In this document: one piece after another, positions 1 through 10,071 of the stretch
How the letters are laid out: each line of letters begins with the position of its first letter
How positions within the stretch are numbered: position 1 is the first letter of the stretch
The notes under the pieces: model-generated
Databases searched by the model: none
Told to the model about the DNA's origin: nothing
What the model saw: only the letters and a program-made list of their open reading frames with translations
Translations under genes and position numbers: made by a program
DNA from: Bacteroidota bacterium
GTDB taxonomy: Bacteria; Bacteroidota; Bacteroidia; Flavobacteriales; Flavobacteriaceae
Direction: 5' to 3'
Length of the DNA: 57,446 bases
NCBI GenBank assembly: GCA_046051465.1
Contig: JBJOOG010000030.1
Span: 1-57,446, forward strand

Positions 1-992
1 ATAACCGGTACAATTGCCGAATCACCCTCTACAATATCAAAACCTGCTTTTTTCATGCCAGACTTGAAATAATTTGTGTTCCACTCGAGTGTATCACGCA
101 AAGTTGTATCGTTTTCAAGCAGCTCAAATACCTTAATAGAAGCGCCCACAATAGCAGGAGCCAAAGAGTTTGAAAACAAGTAGGGTCTCGAACGCTGGCG
201 CAGCAATTCAATAATTTCTTTTTTTCCAGTTGTGTATCCGCCCATCGCGCCACCCAGTGCTTTCCCAAGTGTTCCGGTTATGATATCAATGCGATCCATT
301 ACCTTTTTGGCCTCCATAGTACCCTTACCTGTCGCGCCTATAAAGCCAGCTGCATGGCATTCGTCTACCATGACCATGGCATCATATTTATCGGCTAAAT
401 CACATATTTTATCCAAGGGTGCAACCACGCCGTCCATCGAAAACACGCCATCGGTTACAATCAATTTAAATCGAGCACCTGCTTCATTGGCTTTTTGCAA
501 TTGCACTTCTAAATCGGCCATATCACTGTTTTCGTACCGGTAGCGTGCTGCTTTACACAAACGCACTCCGTCAATAATCGACGCGTGATTTAAACTATCC
601 GAGATGATGGCATCTTGCTCGCCCAACAACGGTTCAAATACACCTCCATTGGCATCAAAAGCAGCGGCATACAATATGGTGTCTTCGGTTCCATAAAAGT
701 TGGCAATTTTGTGCTCCAAGGTTTTGTGAATGTCTTGTGTGCCGCAGATGAAACGCACGGATGACATCCCAAATCCGTGGGTGTCTAATGCGTCTTTGGC
801 CGCTTGAATTACCTCGGGATGCGAAGAAAGTCCTAAGTAATTGTTGGCACAAAAATTCAATACAGTTTCCCCGGTTGAAATCGTGATTTCAGCTCCTTGC
901 GGCGAAGTAATGATGCGTTCTTTTTTGAATATTCCATTGGCTTCAATGGTGTCTAATTCGGTTTGAAGGTGTTGTTGAATTTTTCCGTACAT
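1..992 (-). CDS. kbl: Glycine C-acetyltransferase (2-amino-3-ketobutyrate CoA ligase), 3' end truncated by the window edge
   Basis: Absent from the ORF track because the stop lies outside the window. Manual translation from ATG at 992 gives [17 protein letters not shown]...[11 protein letters not shown]...SVRFICGT...LNHASIIDG...TDGVFSMDG...VDECHA...GTLGKALGG, the class II PLP aminotransferase/Kbl motifs. Confidence 0.93.
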   Translation of the reverse strand, partial: MYGKIQQHLQTELDTIEANGIFKKERIITSPQGAEITISTGETVLNFCANNYLGLSSHPEVIQAAKDALDTHGFGMSSVRFICGTQDIHKTLEHKIANFYGTEDTILYAAAFDANGGVFEPLLGEQDAIISDSLNHASIIDGVRLCKAARYRYENSDMADLEVQLQKANEAGARFKLIVTDGVFSMDGVVAPLDKICDLADKYDAMVMVDECHAAGFIGATGKGTMEAKKVMDRIDIITGTLGKALGGAMGGYTTGKKEIIELLRQRSRPYLFSNSLAPAIVGASIKVFELLENDTTLRDTLEWNTNYFKSGMKKAGFDIVEGDSAIVPV

Positions 993-1017
993 GTGGTTGT
1001 TGAGTTTTAGTAAGCGG

Positions 1018-4000
1018 TTACAAATGTATCACATTGGGCGTTTCACCCAAATAGACCACGAGTTTTTTTGAAACCACAAATCCCATTTTGACCAATACAT
1101 TTTCATACTCGGCCAGCTGCTTTTCGTGTTGCGGTTTGGGTGCGCCTGTTTTATAATCCAATAAAATAACGGCACCTGAAGGAAGTTGCACAATTCGATC
1201 TGGCTTAACTACCGCTGCAGATGGCTGCAAAATAGCTTGTTCATTCCATACTTTATTTCCTGCTGCAAATGCCTCTGCAACCTCTGGATGTTGGAGTAAT
1301 TGAGTGAGCGTTTGGCTTACTTGCTGAAGCTGATTTTGCGCAATTAGCCCCGATTCAATGGCTTTTTGGAGGGCGCTAGGCAAATCATCTGCTGTATATA
1401 ATGATGCGGCTATTTCATGGATTACATTACCATAAGCAATGGCTTCCTGCTGTGGCGAATTCCACATGAGGGCTTCGCGTTGGGCAATTTTAATTTTTGA
1501 GGGATGTATGAGTTCGTTTACCAACTCAATTGGAACGGGCAATGTTTTGGTTGTGCTAGGCTTTGAAATTTTCAATTTATTTCCCCACTCGTATTGTCCT
1601 GTGTTGGTATTAAACAAACCTTGTTGCGTTAAATACTTCGCAAAAAATGCCGACATGGTGTACGGAAAAGTGCCGTCAGTTTTGGGTTTCACTGCCTGTG
1701 AAATAATGTATAATTGTTCAACAGCTCGGGTGAGCGCTACATACAATACATTTACGTTGTCTAGTAATTCTTCTTCCTTTTTTTGCTCATAGATTGCTTT
1801 GGCCGCTTCGCCAAAATTGGCCACTGCCGCTGTATTATCTACTAAAATTTTAGGAATAACAAATTCATTTTGATCGGTGTCGAGCCACAATTTATCTTTG
1901 GGTTTTCGGGTATAATCTTCGTCGGCAAAAGGCATAATCACAACCGGAAATTCCAATCCTTTTGCTTTGTGAATGGTTAGAATGCGTATGGCGTTGGTGC
2001 CTTCGGGCGAGGGAATACTCAATTTACTGGCATTCTTTTCCCAAAAAGACAAAAACGAAACAATTCCAGCTTGATTACGCACATCTCGCTCAAGCACAAT
2101 GTCTAAAAAATACTGCACATAGGCATTGCTTTTTTTCAATCGAAGAAACTGGTTTACCAATAACTCAACTGATTCGTAAAGCGATTTTTTTCGCAGGGCA
2201 GAAAAAGAAAGTTGCACTCCGTTTTGGAGTAGCCAGGCTTCAAATTCATTCTCCTGCGTGCAGGCCATTCCAGCAGCAACAAAATCATGAATTGCCAATT
2301 GATTAGGTAGTTCTTGAGCCAAATACAGCAAGAAATGGGCTTTGGCTTCTTTGTTATTCGGGTTGTTGATGTACCGCAAAACGTGTAACAAGCACTTAAC
2401 CTCTGGGGCATTGTCCAAGAGTAAGGTCTCAGACGACAAAAGCGGAAGCTGCATGGCTGTGAGATAGGTAGCAACTGCCACGCCTTGGTCGCGTTTACGG
2501 GTAAGTATGGCAATATCTTGATATGAATAACCGCTGGCCAACACCTCTTGAATGGTGGCATAGGTTGCCAATACCTGCTGTTTTGATTTATCTGGATTGT
2601 CTTCGGTTGAGCTAGGATCTGCTTGTTCTGGCTCGGGTAAAAACTGAATTGACACATAGCCGCCTTGTTTGGAATTGGTGTGTTGATGGCTGTATTTTGC
2701 ATACAAATCCTTGTAATCGAGATGGGTAAATTCATTGGCCAAAAAAGCAAACAAGCCGTTATTGAATTCAATAATCTCGGAATAACTGCGGTAATTGGTG
2801 TCTAACGAAGAAACCACAGCAGGCGCATTAAATGGACTTTGCTGCTTGCTCAACGCAATAAACTGCTCGGCTTTTCCACCGCGCCAACGGTAAATGGATT
2901 GCTTGGGATCGCCTACCAGCATTAACGATCCGCGCTCACCATTGAGGTCCTCGCTGCATAAGGCATTGTCGATTAGCGGAATCAAATTTTGCCACTGCAT
3001 CTCGGAGGTATCTTGGAATTCATCAATAAAAAAATGGCGATACCGTTCTCCTAATCGTTCATAAATAAAAGGAGCGGGCTGGTTTTGAATTTCCCTGTGA
3101 ATTAATGCGTTAAATTCAGAAATGGATAATACGTTTTGTTCCAGCTGTATGGTCTCTAGTTCTTGGCTAACTTTATTCAATAAAGAAAGTGGCGTGCTGT
3201 TTTTGATGCAGGCCTTGTAAAAATCACGGCGTTCGTATTGCGCATAAATCACAGCCAAGGCCTCTAGTAAAGTAGGGATTGCTTGCAAAATGAGGTGCTG
3301 ATCTGCTGCTGCTTTCAGTATTTTAATGTCATCTATTTCGCGATACAATTTGTTTTTGGGGTTAAAGTTTCCACCTGCAATGGACTGCAAATGTTTGGGG
3401 AAATAGCCTCCAGAGAAAGACGACAAACTGATGCCCATGGCAGTTATACTCTGTATCAGTTGCATTGCCATGGTTTGATTGCTCGATTCAATTTCAGTAC
3501 ACAAGTTGAGCAGATCTTGTTTCAAGCTAGCAAACTGATCAATAGAATAGTCTTTTAGCAAGGAAATTTCCTGGCGGTTGTTTTCGTTGACGATGAGCTT
3601 ACTCGTTTCTACAATTTCTCGTGAAATATCCCAGTTCTTGTCGTCGTCGGTTTTCTCCATGGTGAAATCGATGAGTAATTTGGTAAGTGCTGGATCGTCG
3701 CCGGCTTGGGAAATGAGTGCATCCACCGCTTCCATAACCAAATTTTCGGTGTCTAGCGAAACTTCAAAAGAAACGGGTAATTCCAAATCGTGGGCAAAAG
3801 CCCGAATTACCTTGTGCGTAAATTTATCGATCGTTGAAATGTCAAAAGCCGCATAATTATGAATGAGGTGTTTGATGATTTGCTGGGCCTTTTCTTGAAT
3901 TTTATGCACAGGAAGCTTTGTCTCTTTTGAGATAATTTCCATGAGCGTAACTGCACCTTCAGATGGCGTTTTACTGGCAAATTGTGACAAGTTTTCAATA

Positions 4001-4188
4001 ACCCGGCTTTTCATTTCGTGCACTGCCTTGTTGGTAAATGTAATGGCAAGGATATTTCTGTAGGCATCGGGTTTGTTTGCCGTTAAAATAATTTTTAAAT
4101 ATTCTTTCACCAACGTAAAGGTTTTCCCCGATCCGGCAGAGGCATTGTAAATGGAGAAACTGGCGGGGGTGGTTTGGATAGCTGTCAT
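1018..4188 (-). CDS. addA: UvrD/AddA-like ATP-dependent helicase with C-terminal PD-(D/E)XK nuclease
   Basis: Motifs [55 protein letters not shown], and C-terminal PDRIV...LDYKTG. The symbol is inferred from domain architecture. Confidence 0.85.
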   Translation of the reverse strand: MTAIQTTPASFSIYNASAGSGKTFTLVKEYLKIILTANKPDAYRNILAITFTNKAVHEMKSRVIENLSQFASKTPSEGAVTLMEIISKETKLPVHKIQEKAQQIIKHLIHNYAAFDISTIDKFTHKVIRAFAHDLELPVSFEVSLDTENLVMEAVDALISQAGDDPALTKLLIDFTMEKTDDDKNWDISREIVETSKLIVNENNRQEISLLKDYSIDQFASLKQDLLNLCTEIESSNQTMAMQLIQSITAMGISLSSFSGGYFPKHLQSIAGGNFNPKNKLYREIDDIKILKAAADQHLILQAIPTLLEALAVIYAQYERRDFYKACIKNSTPLSLLNKVSQELETIQLEQNVLSISEFNALIHREIQNQPAPFIYERLGERYRHFFIDEFQDTSEMQWQNLIPLIDNALCSEDLNGERGSLMLVGDPKQSIYRWRGGKAEQFIALSKQQSPFNAPAVVSSLDTNYRSYSEIIEFNNGLFAFLANEFTHLDYKDLYAKYSHQHTNSKQGGYVSIQFLPEPEQADPSSTEDNPDKSKQQVLATYATIQEVLASGYSYQDIAILTRKRDQGVAVATYLTAMQLPLLSSETLLLDNAPEVKCLLHVLRYINNPNNKEAKAHFLLYLAQELPNQLAIHDFVAAGMACTQENEFEAWLLQNGVQLSFSALRKKSLYESVELLVNQFLRLKKSNAYVQYFLDIVLERDVRNQAGIVSFLSFWEKNASKLSIPSPEGTNAIRILTIHKAKGLEFPVVIMPFADEDYTRKPKDKLWLDTDQNEFVIPKILVDNTAAVANFGEAAKAIYEQKKEEELLDNVNVLYVALTRAVEQLYIISQAVKPKTDGTFPYTMSAFFAKYLTQQGLFNTNTGQYEWGNKLKISKPSTTKTLPVPIELVNELIHPSKIKIAQREALMWNSPQQEAIAYGNVIHEIAASLYTADDLPSALQKAIESGLIAQNQLQQVSQTLTQLLQHPEVAEAFAAGNKVWNEQAILQPSAAVVKPDRIVQLPSGAVILLDYKTGAPKPQHEKQLAEYENVLVKMGFVVSKKLVVYLGETPNVIHL

Positions 4189-4225
4189 ATATAGGCTAGG
4201 GTGTAAGGGTCATGTAATTAATGCA

Positions 4226-4325
4226 TTAGCCCCGATGGTCTCGAAATTTCGGGAGAAATCTTTTTGTGGGCGTAGCAGCAGCAAGGACTCACAAAAAATT
4301 GAAACGAACAGCGGGAAATAGCTTC
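4226..4325. repeat. Nested palindromic intergenic element (REP/MITE-like)
   Basis: TTTTTGTGGG (4261-4270) pairs with CTCACAAAAA (4288-4297). The outer CCCGATG/CAGCGGG pair encloses it, and there is an inner TCTCGAAA-TTTCGGGA palindrome at 4239-4254. Confidence 0.55.
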
Positions 4326-4401
4326 AAAAAAAATCTAGAAACGGGAACTAATTTATTAGAAATATTCCAATTTACCTATACTTATTCCAAAGTTAAATGA
4401 T

Positions 4402-4409
4402 TAATTTTG
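4402..4409 (+). promoter_or_regulatory. Bacteroidota -7 promoter element (TAATTTTG) for sod
   Basis: Matches the TAnnTTTG consensus, 32 nt before the sod ATG. Confidence 0.55.
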
Positions 4410-4441
4410 GGGAAAATTTTTAATCACTAAATCTTATTGTT

Positions 4442-5050
4442 ATGGCTTTTGAATTACCTCAATTACCGTATGCCTATGATGCCTTGGAGCCGCACATTGA
4501 TGCCCGCACCATGGAAATCCACCACAGCAAACACCATAATGCGTATACTACTAATCTCAATGCTGCCATTGCCGGAACCGACATGGAAGGCAAAACCATT
4601 GAGAACATTTTGATTAACCTGGATAAAAAAAATGCAGCCGTGCGCAACAACGGGGGCGGTTTTTACAACCATAATTTATTTTGGAGTGTGATGTCACCCA
4701 ACGGTGGCGGAATGCCTACTGGCGATTTGCTAGCTGCTATAGAAGCCGCTTTTGGTGATTTTGCCGAATTTAAAGCGCGTTTTTCTAAGGCCGGTGCTAC
4801 GCAATTTGGCTCAGGCTGGGCTTGGTTGTGTGTACACAAAGGTGGAAAACTAGAGGTGTGTGGCACCCCAAATCAAGATTGTCCATTAATGCCCGAAGTG
4901 GGTTGCGGAGGAACGCCAATTTTAGGGATGGATGTATGGGAACACGCCTATTACTTGCATTACCAAAACCGTCGTCCCGATTATATTGAAGCGTTTTTTA
5001 ATGTGATCAACTGGACCGAAGTGGCCCGCAGATATGCGTTAGAAAAATAG
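4442..5050 (+). CDS. sodA: Superoxide dismutase, Fe/Mn family (Mn-type signature)
   Basis: Motifs [47 protein letters not shown]. The GGG and NQD residues suggest Mn specificity. Confidence 0.93.
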   Translation: MAFELPQLPYAYDALEPHIDARTMEIHHSKHHNAYTTNLNAAIAGTDMEGKTIENILINLDKKNAAVRNNGGGFYNHNLFWSVMSPNGGGMPTGDLLAAIEAAFGDFAEFKARFSKAGATQFGSGWAWLCVHKGGKLEVCGTPNQDCPLMPEVGCGGTPILGMDVWEHAYYLHYQNRRPDYIEAFFNVINWTEVARRYALEK

Positions 5051-5066
5051 TATCTATACCAAAAAC

Positions 5067-5100
5067 AAAAAAGGCGATCAGATTTTGATCGCCTTTTTTT
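5067..5100 (+). terminator. Intrinsic terminator after sod
   Basis: AAAAAAGGCGATCA-gattt-TGATCGCCTTTTTTT. Confidence 0.85.
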
Positions 5101-5135
5101 ATGTGAATTGATAAGAAACCAAACCGGGATAAAAT

Positions 5136-5205
5136 AAAAAAGGTGAAATTTCTTTCACCCTTTTTGCCCCAAATCTACCATAAACTTAACCTACTAATGT
5201 TATGG
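5136..5205 (-). ncRNA. Candidate small RNA of about 70 nt between sod and purF
   Basis: Minus-strand TTTG-N21-TATATTTG promoter (5243-5211) followed by a GGTGAAA/TTTCACC hairpin and U-run (5136-5159). The only ORF inside is 8 codons. Confidence 0.5.
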
Positions 5206-5288
5206 TTCTCCAAATATAATAGAACTAAAACGTTGTAAACAAAATTATTAGACGAACTACACTTTTAATCGATAAAGTGCATTTTTTG

Positions 5289-7187
5289 TCAATATGCGCG
5301 TTCATTTAGGCCTTCATAGAAATTGATAAACGCCCGATTTACTACACGGTTTCCGCCTGGCGTAGGGTAATCTCCGGTAAAGTACCAATCGCCTAAATTT
5401 TTCGGGCAGGCCTGGTGTAAATGCTCAACCGTTTGGAAAATGATGTCTACCTCAGCCTTGATGTCACTTGAGCACAGCATCTGTGCAATTTTGGCCGATA
5501 TTTCTTCGGGAGTGAAAGGCGCGTAAATCTCGGTTACGTAATTGACTACTTGGGCATCTTTCAGGTTTTCTTGCCCTTTGCATTTTTGGTACACCGAATC
5601 GACAATAGCATATTTATCGCGTTCTTGTAACAAGGCCAAAGCCGCTCGAAATGCTACCAATCCTTCCAATTTGGCCATGTCAATACCGTAACAATCGGGG
5701 TAACGAATTTGTGGCGCCGACGAAACCACCACTATTTTTTTGGGATTTAAACGGTCCATCATTTTGATGATGCTCATCTTTAGCGTAGTTCCACGCACGA
5801 TGCTGTCGTCAATAATAACTAGGTTGTCTGTGGGTTTTATCACGCCATAGGTGACATCGTAAACGTGCGCAACCAAATCGTCGCGGCTGCTGTCTTCGGT
5901 AATGAAGGTGCGCAGCTTGGCGTCTTTGATGGCAATTTTCTCGGTGCGAATTTTTACCGACAAAATCTCTTCCAATTTTTCTTTGGTCAAGGTTTTTTGG
6001 TTGTCTAAGATGTATTGGTTTTTACGGTGATTTAAAAAATCTTGTGCCGCCTCGACCATGCCGTAAAACGAGGTTTCGGCAGTATTGGGAATGTACGAAA
6101 ATACAGTATTGTCGGTGTCGTTATCAATGGATTTTAGAACGGAGGGCAATACCAATTTGCCCAATTCTTTGCGTTCTTGGTAGATTTCGGCATCACTTCC
6201 GCGGGAGAAATAAATGCGCTCAAACGAACAGGCTTTTTTTACCACCGGAACGATAATTTCTTCTTCTGAAAGCTGTCCATTTTTCTTGATGATTACCGCA
6301 TGCCCGGGCTGCAATTCTTGCACTTTTTCGAAAGGCACATTAAACACCGTTTGTATAACAGGACGCTCTGACGCTACAACCAAAATTTCGTCATCATCAT
6401 AATAATAGGCCGGACGAATACCCGCTGGATCGCGAAACACAAAGGCATCGCCATGACCAAACAGTCCTGCCATTGCATAGCCGCCGTCCCAGCCTTTGGA
6501 AGCGCGTTTTAGTATTTTAGCGATATCGAGTTTCTCAGCAATTACAGGCGAAGCCTCTTGTTTGGACAAGCCATTGTTTTTGCATTCTTGGTACAACTCG
6601 GTAACCTCGTCGTCTAGAAAATGACCTATTTTTTCCATCACGGTTACCGTATCGGCCATTTCTTTGGGGTGTTGTCCCAATTCAACTAAACTGCTAAACA
6701 ACTCTTTTACATTGGTCATATTAAAATTCCCGGCCACAATCAGGTTGCGGTGCATCCAATTGTTTTGACGCAAAAACGGGTGCACGCTTTCGATGCTGTT
6801 TTTGCCAAAGGTGCCATAGCGTACATGACCCAAAAAAAGTTCTCCTATATAAGGAAGGTGTTTTTTTTGCAAATCGACATCCTCAGCAAATTCTGGATGC
6901 GCCACTAATTCTTCATTGATACGCGCATTAATCTGAGCAAAAACATCTTGGATGGGTTGGGCATCGTTCGAACGCACACGGCTGATGTACCGTTCGCCTG
7001 GATCGACATCCAATTTGATGGAGGCAAAACCAGCTCCGTCTTGGCCGCGGTTGTGTTGTTTTTCCATCAACAAATACATTTTCTGAATTCCGTAAAAGGC
7101 AGATCCGTATTTCTCTTTGTAGTAGGATAAGGGTTTTTTTAATCGCAATAGGGCTATCCCACATTCATGTTTTATGGCGTCGCTCAT
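5289..7187 (-). CDS. purF: Amidophosphoribosyltransferase (long Bacteroidota type)
   Basis: Propeptide MSDAIKHE before the catalytic CG, QHNRGQDGAG, GHVRYGT, and PRPP loop IIDDSIVRGTT. Confidence 0.93.
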   Translation of the reverse strand: MSDAIKHECGIALLRLKKPLSYYKEKYGSAFYGIQKMYLLMEKQHNRGQDGAGFASIKLDVDPGERYISRVRSNDAQPIQDVFAQINARINEELVAHPEFAEDVDLQKKHLPYIGELFLGHVRYGTFGKNSIESVHPFLRQNNWMHRNLIVAGNFNMTNVKELFSSLVELGQHPKEMADTVTVMEKIGHFLDDEVTELYQECKNNGLSKQEASPVIAEKLDIAKILKRASKGWDGGYAMAGLFGHGDAFVFRDPAGIRPAYYYDDDEILVVASERPVIQTVFNVPFEKVQELQPGHAVIIKKNGQLSEEEIIVPVVKKACSFERIYFSRGSDAEIYQERKELGKLVLPSVLKSIDNDTDNTVFSYIPNTAETSFYGMVEAAQDFLNHRKNQYILDNQKTLTKEKLEEILSVKIRTEKIAIKDAKLRTFITEDSSRDDLVAHVYDVTYGVIKPTDNLVIIDDSIVRGTTLKMSIIKMMDRLNPKKIVVVSSAPQIRYPDCYGIDMAKLEGLVAFRAALALLQERDKYAIVDSVYQKCKGQENLKDAQVVNYVTEIYAPFTPEEISAKIAQMLCSSDIKAEVDIIFQTVEHLHQACPKNLGDWYFTGDYPTPGGNRVVNRAFINFYEGLNERAY

Positions 7188-7232
7188 GAAAAAAAGTATG
7201 TTTTGGTGTTGTAGTTAGTTGTGTATGGACAT

Positions 7233-7258
7233 AAAAAATGCCCCGAATTTCGAGGCAT
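7233..7258 (-). terminator. Intrinsic terminator after the PfkB kinase
   Basis: ATGCCTCG/CGGGGCAT stem followed by a T-run on the minus strand. Confidence 0.6.
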
Positions 7259-7265
7259 AAAGGTA

Positions 7266-8189
7266 TTATAAATCTATTTCAAATTGTGTTAAGGACTTGA
7301 ATTGTTTCAAGCGGTTTTGCACCTCAGCTTGAGTGAGCGTTTGCATGCGCTCGGTGCCAAATTGCTCTACGCAAAAGGAAGCCAAATTCGATCCGTGGAT
7401 AATGGCCGTTTTCATGGTTTCAAACGAAATATTTCCTTGTTGGGTAATGAATCCAGCAAATCCGCCTGCAAAAGTATCTCCTGCACCAGTTGGATCAAAA
7501 ACGTTAGCCAAGGGCAATGCTGGCGCAAAAAAGATGTGTTCATTATGAAAAATCAATGCGCCGTGCTCCCCTTTTTTAATGACCACATATTTTGGCCCCA
7601 TTGTATGGATTTTTTCGGCCGCTTTTACCAAGGAATATTCCCCCGATAATTGACGGGCTTCTTCGTCGTTAATGGTAATTACATCAACCCGTTTAATCAC
7701 ATCCATCAACTCAGGCAAGGCACAGTCCATCCAAAAATTCATGGTGTCCAATACTACAAGTTTTGGTTTTTGTGTCAGTTGATTCAACACGCTGCTTTGT
7801 ACAATTGGGTGCAAGTTGCCCAGCATCACAATATCTGAATCGGTAAAATGAGCAGGTACTTTGGGATTAAAATCGGCCAACACATTGAGCTCGGTAGCCA
7901 AGGTGTCTCTGGAGTTCATGTCGTTGTGGTATTTGCCACTCCAAAAAAAGGTTTTGCCACCGGGCACCACTTCCAATCCAGTTAAATCAATATTTCTGTT
8001 TTTGAGTAAATCAATGTGTGCTTGCGGAAAGTCATCGCCCACCACCGACACAATAGCCGATTGAAGCGAATAGTGGGAGGCCGCTAATCCAATAAAAGTG
8101 GCCGCTCCACCCAAAATTTTATCTGTTTTTCCAAAAGGCGTTTCAATGGCGTCAAAGGCGACCGTTCCTACAATTAAAAGCTTGTTCAT
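7266..8189 (-). CDS. PfkB/ribokinase-family carbohydrate or nucleoside kinase
   Basis: Motifs LGGAA, INDEEA, KKGEHG and the anion hole DPTGAGDTFAGG. Confidence 0.9.
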   Translation of the reverse strand: MNKLLIVGTVAFDAIETPFGKTDKILGGAATFIGLAASHYSLQSAIVSVVGDDFPQAHIDLLKNRNIDLTGLEVVPGGKTFFWSGKYHNDMNSRDTLATELNVLADFNPKVPAHFTDSDIVMLGNLHPIVQSSVLNQLTQKPKLVVLDTMNFWMDCALPELMDVIKRVDVITINDEEARQLSGEYSLVKAAEKIHTMGPKYVVIKKGEHGALIFHNEHIFFAPALPLANVFDPTGAGDTFAGGFAGFITQQGNISFETMKTAIIHGSNLASFCVEQFGTERMQTLTQAEVQNRLKQFKSLTQFEIDL

Positions 8190-8285
8190 TACATGTGAAT
8201 TACGAGATCTAGCAATCTCAAATTAAAGGCGCAAAGATAGGTTTTCTCTGTAAATTAAAAAGGATGAATTGATAATGAATAATTG

Positions 8286-8436
8286 CAGGAAGTTGTGAGT
8301 GGGAAGTGGGAAGATTCTGGGCAAGAATGCACGAATTGTTAAATTCCAATTTTTGAAATTCTAAATTCCAAATGGTTTCTTCAAGACTAATCTTTCAATC
8401 TTCTAGACTGAAAACCGAGAACAGATAACCGAGAAC
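8286..8436 (-). repeat. Modular intergenic repeat, copy 1 (GTTnTCn x4, AATCTTTC, AAATTCC and CTTCCnA modules)
   Basis: Directly after the rnhA stop on the minus strand: GTTCTCG GTTATCT GTTCTCG GTTTTCA. Segment 8325-8372 matches 30461-30507 at 44 of 48 positions. Confidence 0.8.
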
Positions 8437-8913
8437 TCATTCCACCCCACCCTTTTCATATTCTGTATCAACAAACAGTTCTTTTTGCATCGAGGCAGCT
8501 ACTGCCAATACATCACAGCGCTCATTTTGCGGGTGATTATTGTGGCCTTTAATCCATTGAAAAGTAACATGATGTTGGCGATAAATGAGTAAAAATCGTT
8601 TCCAGAGATCGGGGTTTTTTTTTCCGGCAAAGCCTTTCTTTTCCCATCCTAATACCCAATTTTTAGCCACGGCATCCACTACATATTTAGAATCTGACAC
8701 CACTAATACGCTGGTGTTGGGGTTTTTTAATTGTTCTAAGCCCACAATAACCGCCAAGAGTTCCATGCGGTTGTTTGTGGTGTGCCGAAAACCTGCTGAA
8801 AGTTCTTTGCGGTAGGGTTTGCCCACCCATTCCAAAATCACTCCATAGCCACCTGGCCCCGGATTTCCCTTGGCTGCGCCATCGGTGTAAATATGAACTT
8901 GAGGAGTTGACAT
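8437..8913 (-). CDS. rnhA: Ribonuclease HI
   Basis: Motifs [33 protein letters not shown] and NERCD. Confidence 0.96.
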   Translation of the reverse strand: MSTPQVHIYTDGAAKGNPGPGGYGVILEWVGKPYRKELSAGFRHTTNNRMELLAVIVGLEQLKNPNTSVLVVSDSKYVVDAVAKNWVLGWEKKGFAGKKNPDLWKRFLLIYRQHHVTFQWIKGHNNHPQNERCDVLAVAASMQKELFVDTEYEKGGVE

Positions 8914-9488
8914 TAGTTGACTTGTTGCGATAATAATTGGGTTTCGATCACAGTTGGAAAGTGGGTATGTTCCAATTCGTGTACTTTTTGTGCGATATCC
9001 TCAGCGGTTTTACATTCTGCAATTGAAACCTTTTGCTGAAATACAAAAGCCCCTTGATCATACTGCTCATTAACCAAATGAATGGTTATGCCGGTTTCGG
9101 TTTCCTTTTGGTCTAATACGGCTTGGTGTACATGCATGCCATACATGCCTTTCCCGCCATATTTTGGCAATAAGGCCGGATGAATGTTGAGTATTTTTTG
9201 AGGAAATGCAGCAACAAAGTGAGCAGGTATTTTCCATAAAAAACCAGCTAATACAATTAAATCGGGCTGCTGCTGTTTGATGTTATCAAGTAATTCGCTT
9301 GACTCAAAATCAACTCGATTAAATACCACGGTAGGGACATTTAGGTCATTTGCTTTTTTGATCACCCCGGCATTTGGATTGTTGGTATACACCCCGGTTA
9401 CTTTGGCCGTTTCACGAGCAGCAAAATACCGAATAATCGTTTCGGCATTGGTTCCAGAACCCGAGGCAAAGAGGATGATTTTTTTCAT
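8913..9488 (-). CDS. purN: Phosphoribosylglycinamide formyltransferase
   Basis: Motifs [20 protein letters not shown] and GITIHLV..YDQG. Confidence 0.95.
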   Translation of the reverse strand: MKKIILFASGSGTNAETIIRYFAARETAKVTGVYTNNPNAGVIKKANDLNVPTVVFNRVDFESSELLDNIKQQQPDLIVLAGFLWKIPAHFVAAFPQKILNIHPALLPKYGGKGMYGMHVHQAVLDQKETETGITIHLVNEQYDQGAFVFQQKVSIAECKTAEDIAQKVHELEHTHFPTVIETQLLSQQVN

Positions 9489-9625
9489 GTAGAGGCTGAC
9501 TTTCAGAGCGCAAAAAAAAGAATAATAAATGATATTAAATTCATTTTAAAGGCCTTTGTTAATTTATTTTTATAATTTCGCCCTCACATTTATAAACTAA
9601 AACGTGGTTTTAAAATAAAGTTTTT

Positions 9626-9633
9626 TATTTTTG
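9626..9633 (+). promoter_or_regulatory. -7 promoter element (TATTTTTG) for acpP
   Basis: TAnnTTTG consensus 30 nt before the ATG. Confidence 0.55.
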
Positions 9634-9663
9634 CCATCAAATTAAATTTTAAAATTAAAGATT

Positions 9664-9900
9664 ATGTCAGACATTGCATCAAGAGTAAAAGCGATTATCG
9701 TAGACAAATTAGGCGTTGACGAAAATGAAGTTGTAACTGAAGCAAGCTTCACTAACGATTTAGGAGCCGATTCATTAGACACTGTTGAGCTTATCATGGA
9801 GTTCGAAAAAGAATTTGACATTCAAATTCCAGACGACCAAGCAGAAAACATTGCTACTGTAGGTCAAGCTATTTCATATATCGAAGAAGCTAAAAAATAA
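9664..9900 (+). CDS. acpP: Acyl carrier protein
   Basis: Phosphopantetheine site [12 protein letters not shown]. Confidence 0.98.
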   Translation: MSDIASRVKAIIVDKLGVDENEVVTEASFTNDLGADSLDTVELIMEFEKEFDIQIPDDQAENIATVGQAISYIEEAKK

Positions 9901-9907
9901 TACCCAC

Positions 9908-9943
9908 AAACACCCGTAATTAAATCAAGTTACGGGTGTTTTT
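9908..9943 (+). terminator. Terminator or attenuator between acpP and fabF
   Basis: AAACACCCGTAA...TTACGGGTGTTT stem followed by a T-run. Confidence 0.75.
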
Positions 9944-10071
9944 ATTTTTCAAAATACCGGATTGATTTTCAATCAACAAAATAAGTAAATACCCATGTCT
10001 CTTTTGTGATGCCATCCAAGAAGAAATAGTTGGGTATTTTTGTTTAAACTAAACACTAAAATTACACGTTT

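Noticed and set aside
53-852. Four short ORFs listed at the window start
   Set aside because: They are off-frame or antisense to kbl, which the track missed because its stop lies outside the window.
2154-2771. 205-aa alternative-frame ORF in addA, and other long shadow ORFs (36757-37269, 38686-39240, 42295-42741)
   Set aside because: They are fully nested in well-supported genes and have no recognisable motifs.
5289-7187. Unusually long PurF as a possible intein or fusion
   Set aside because: No intein motifs were seen, and long PurF proteins are typical of this phylum.
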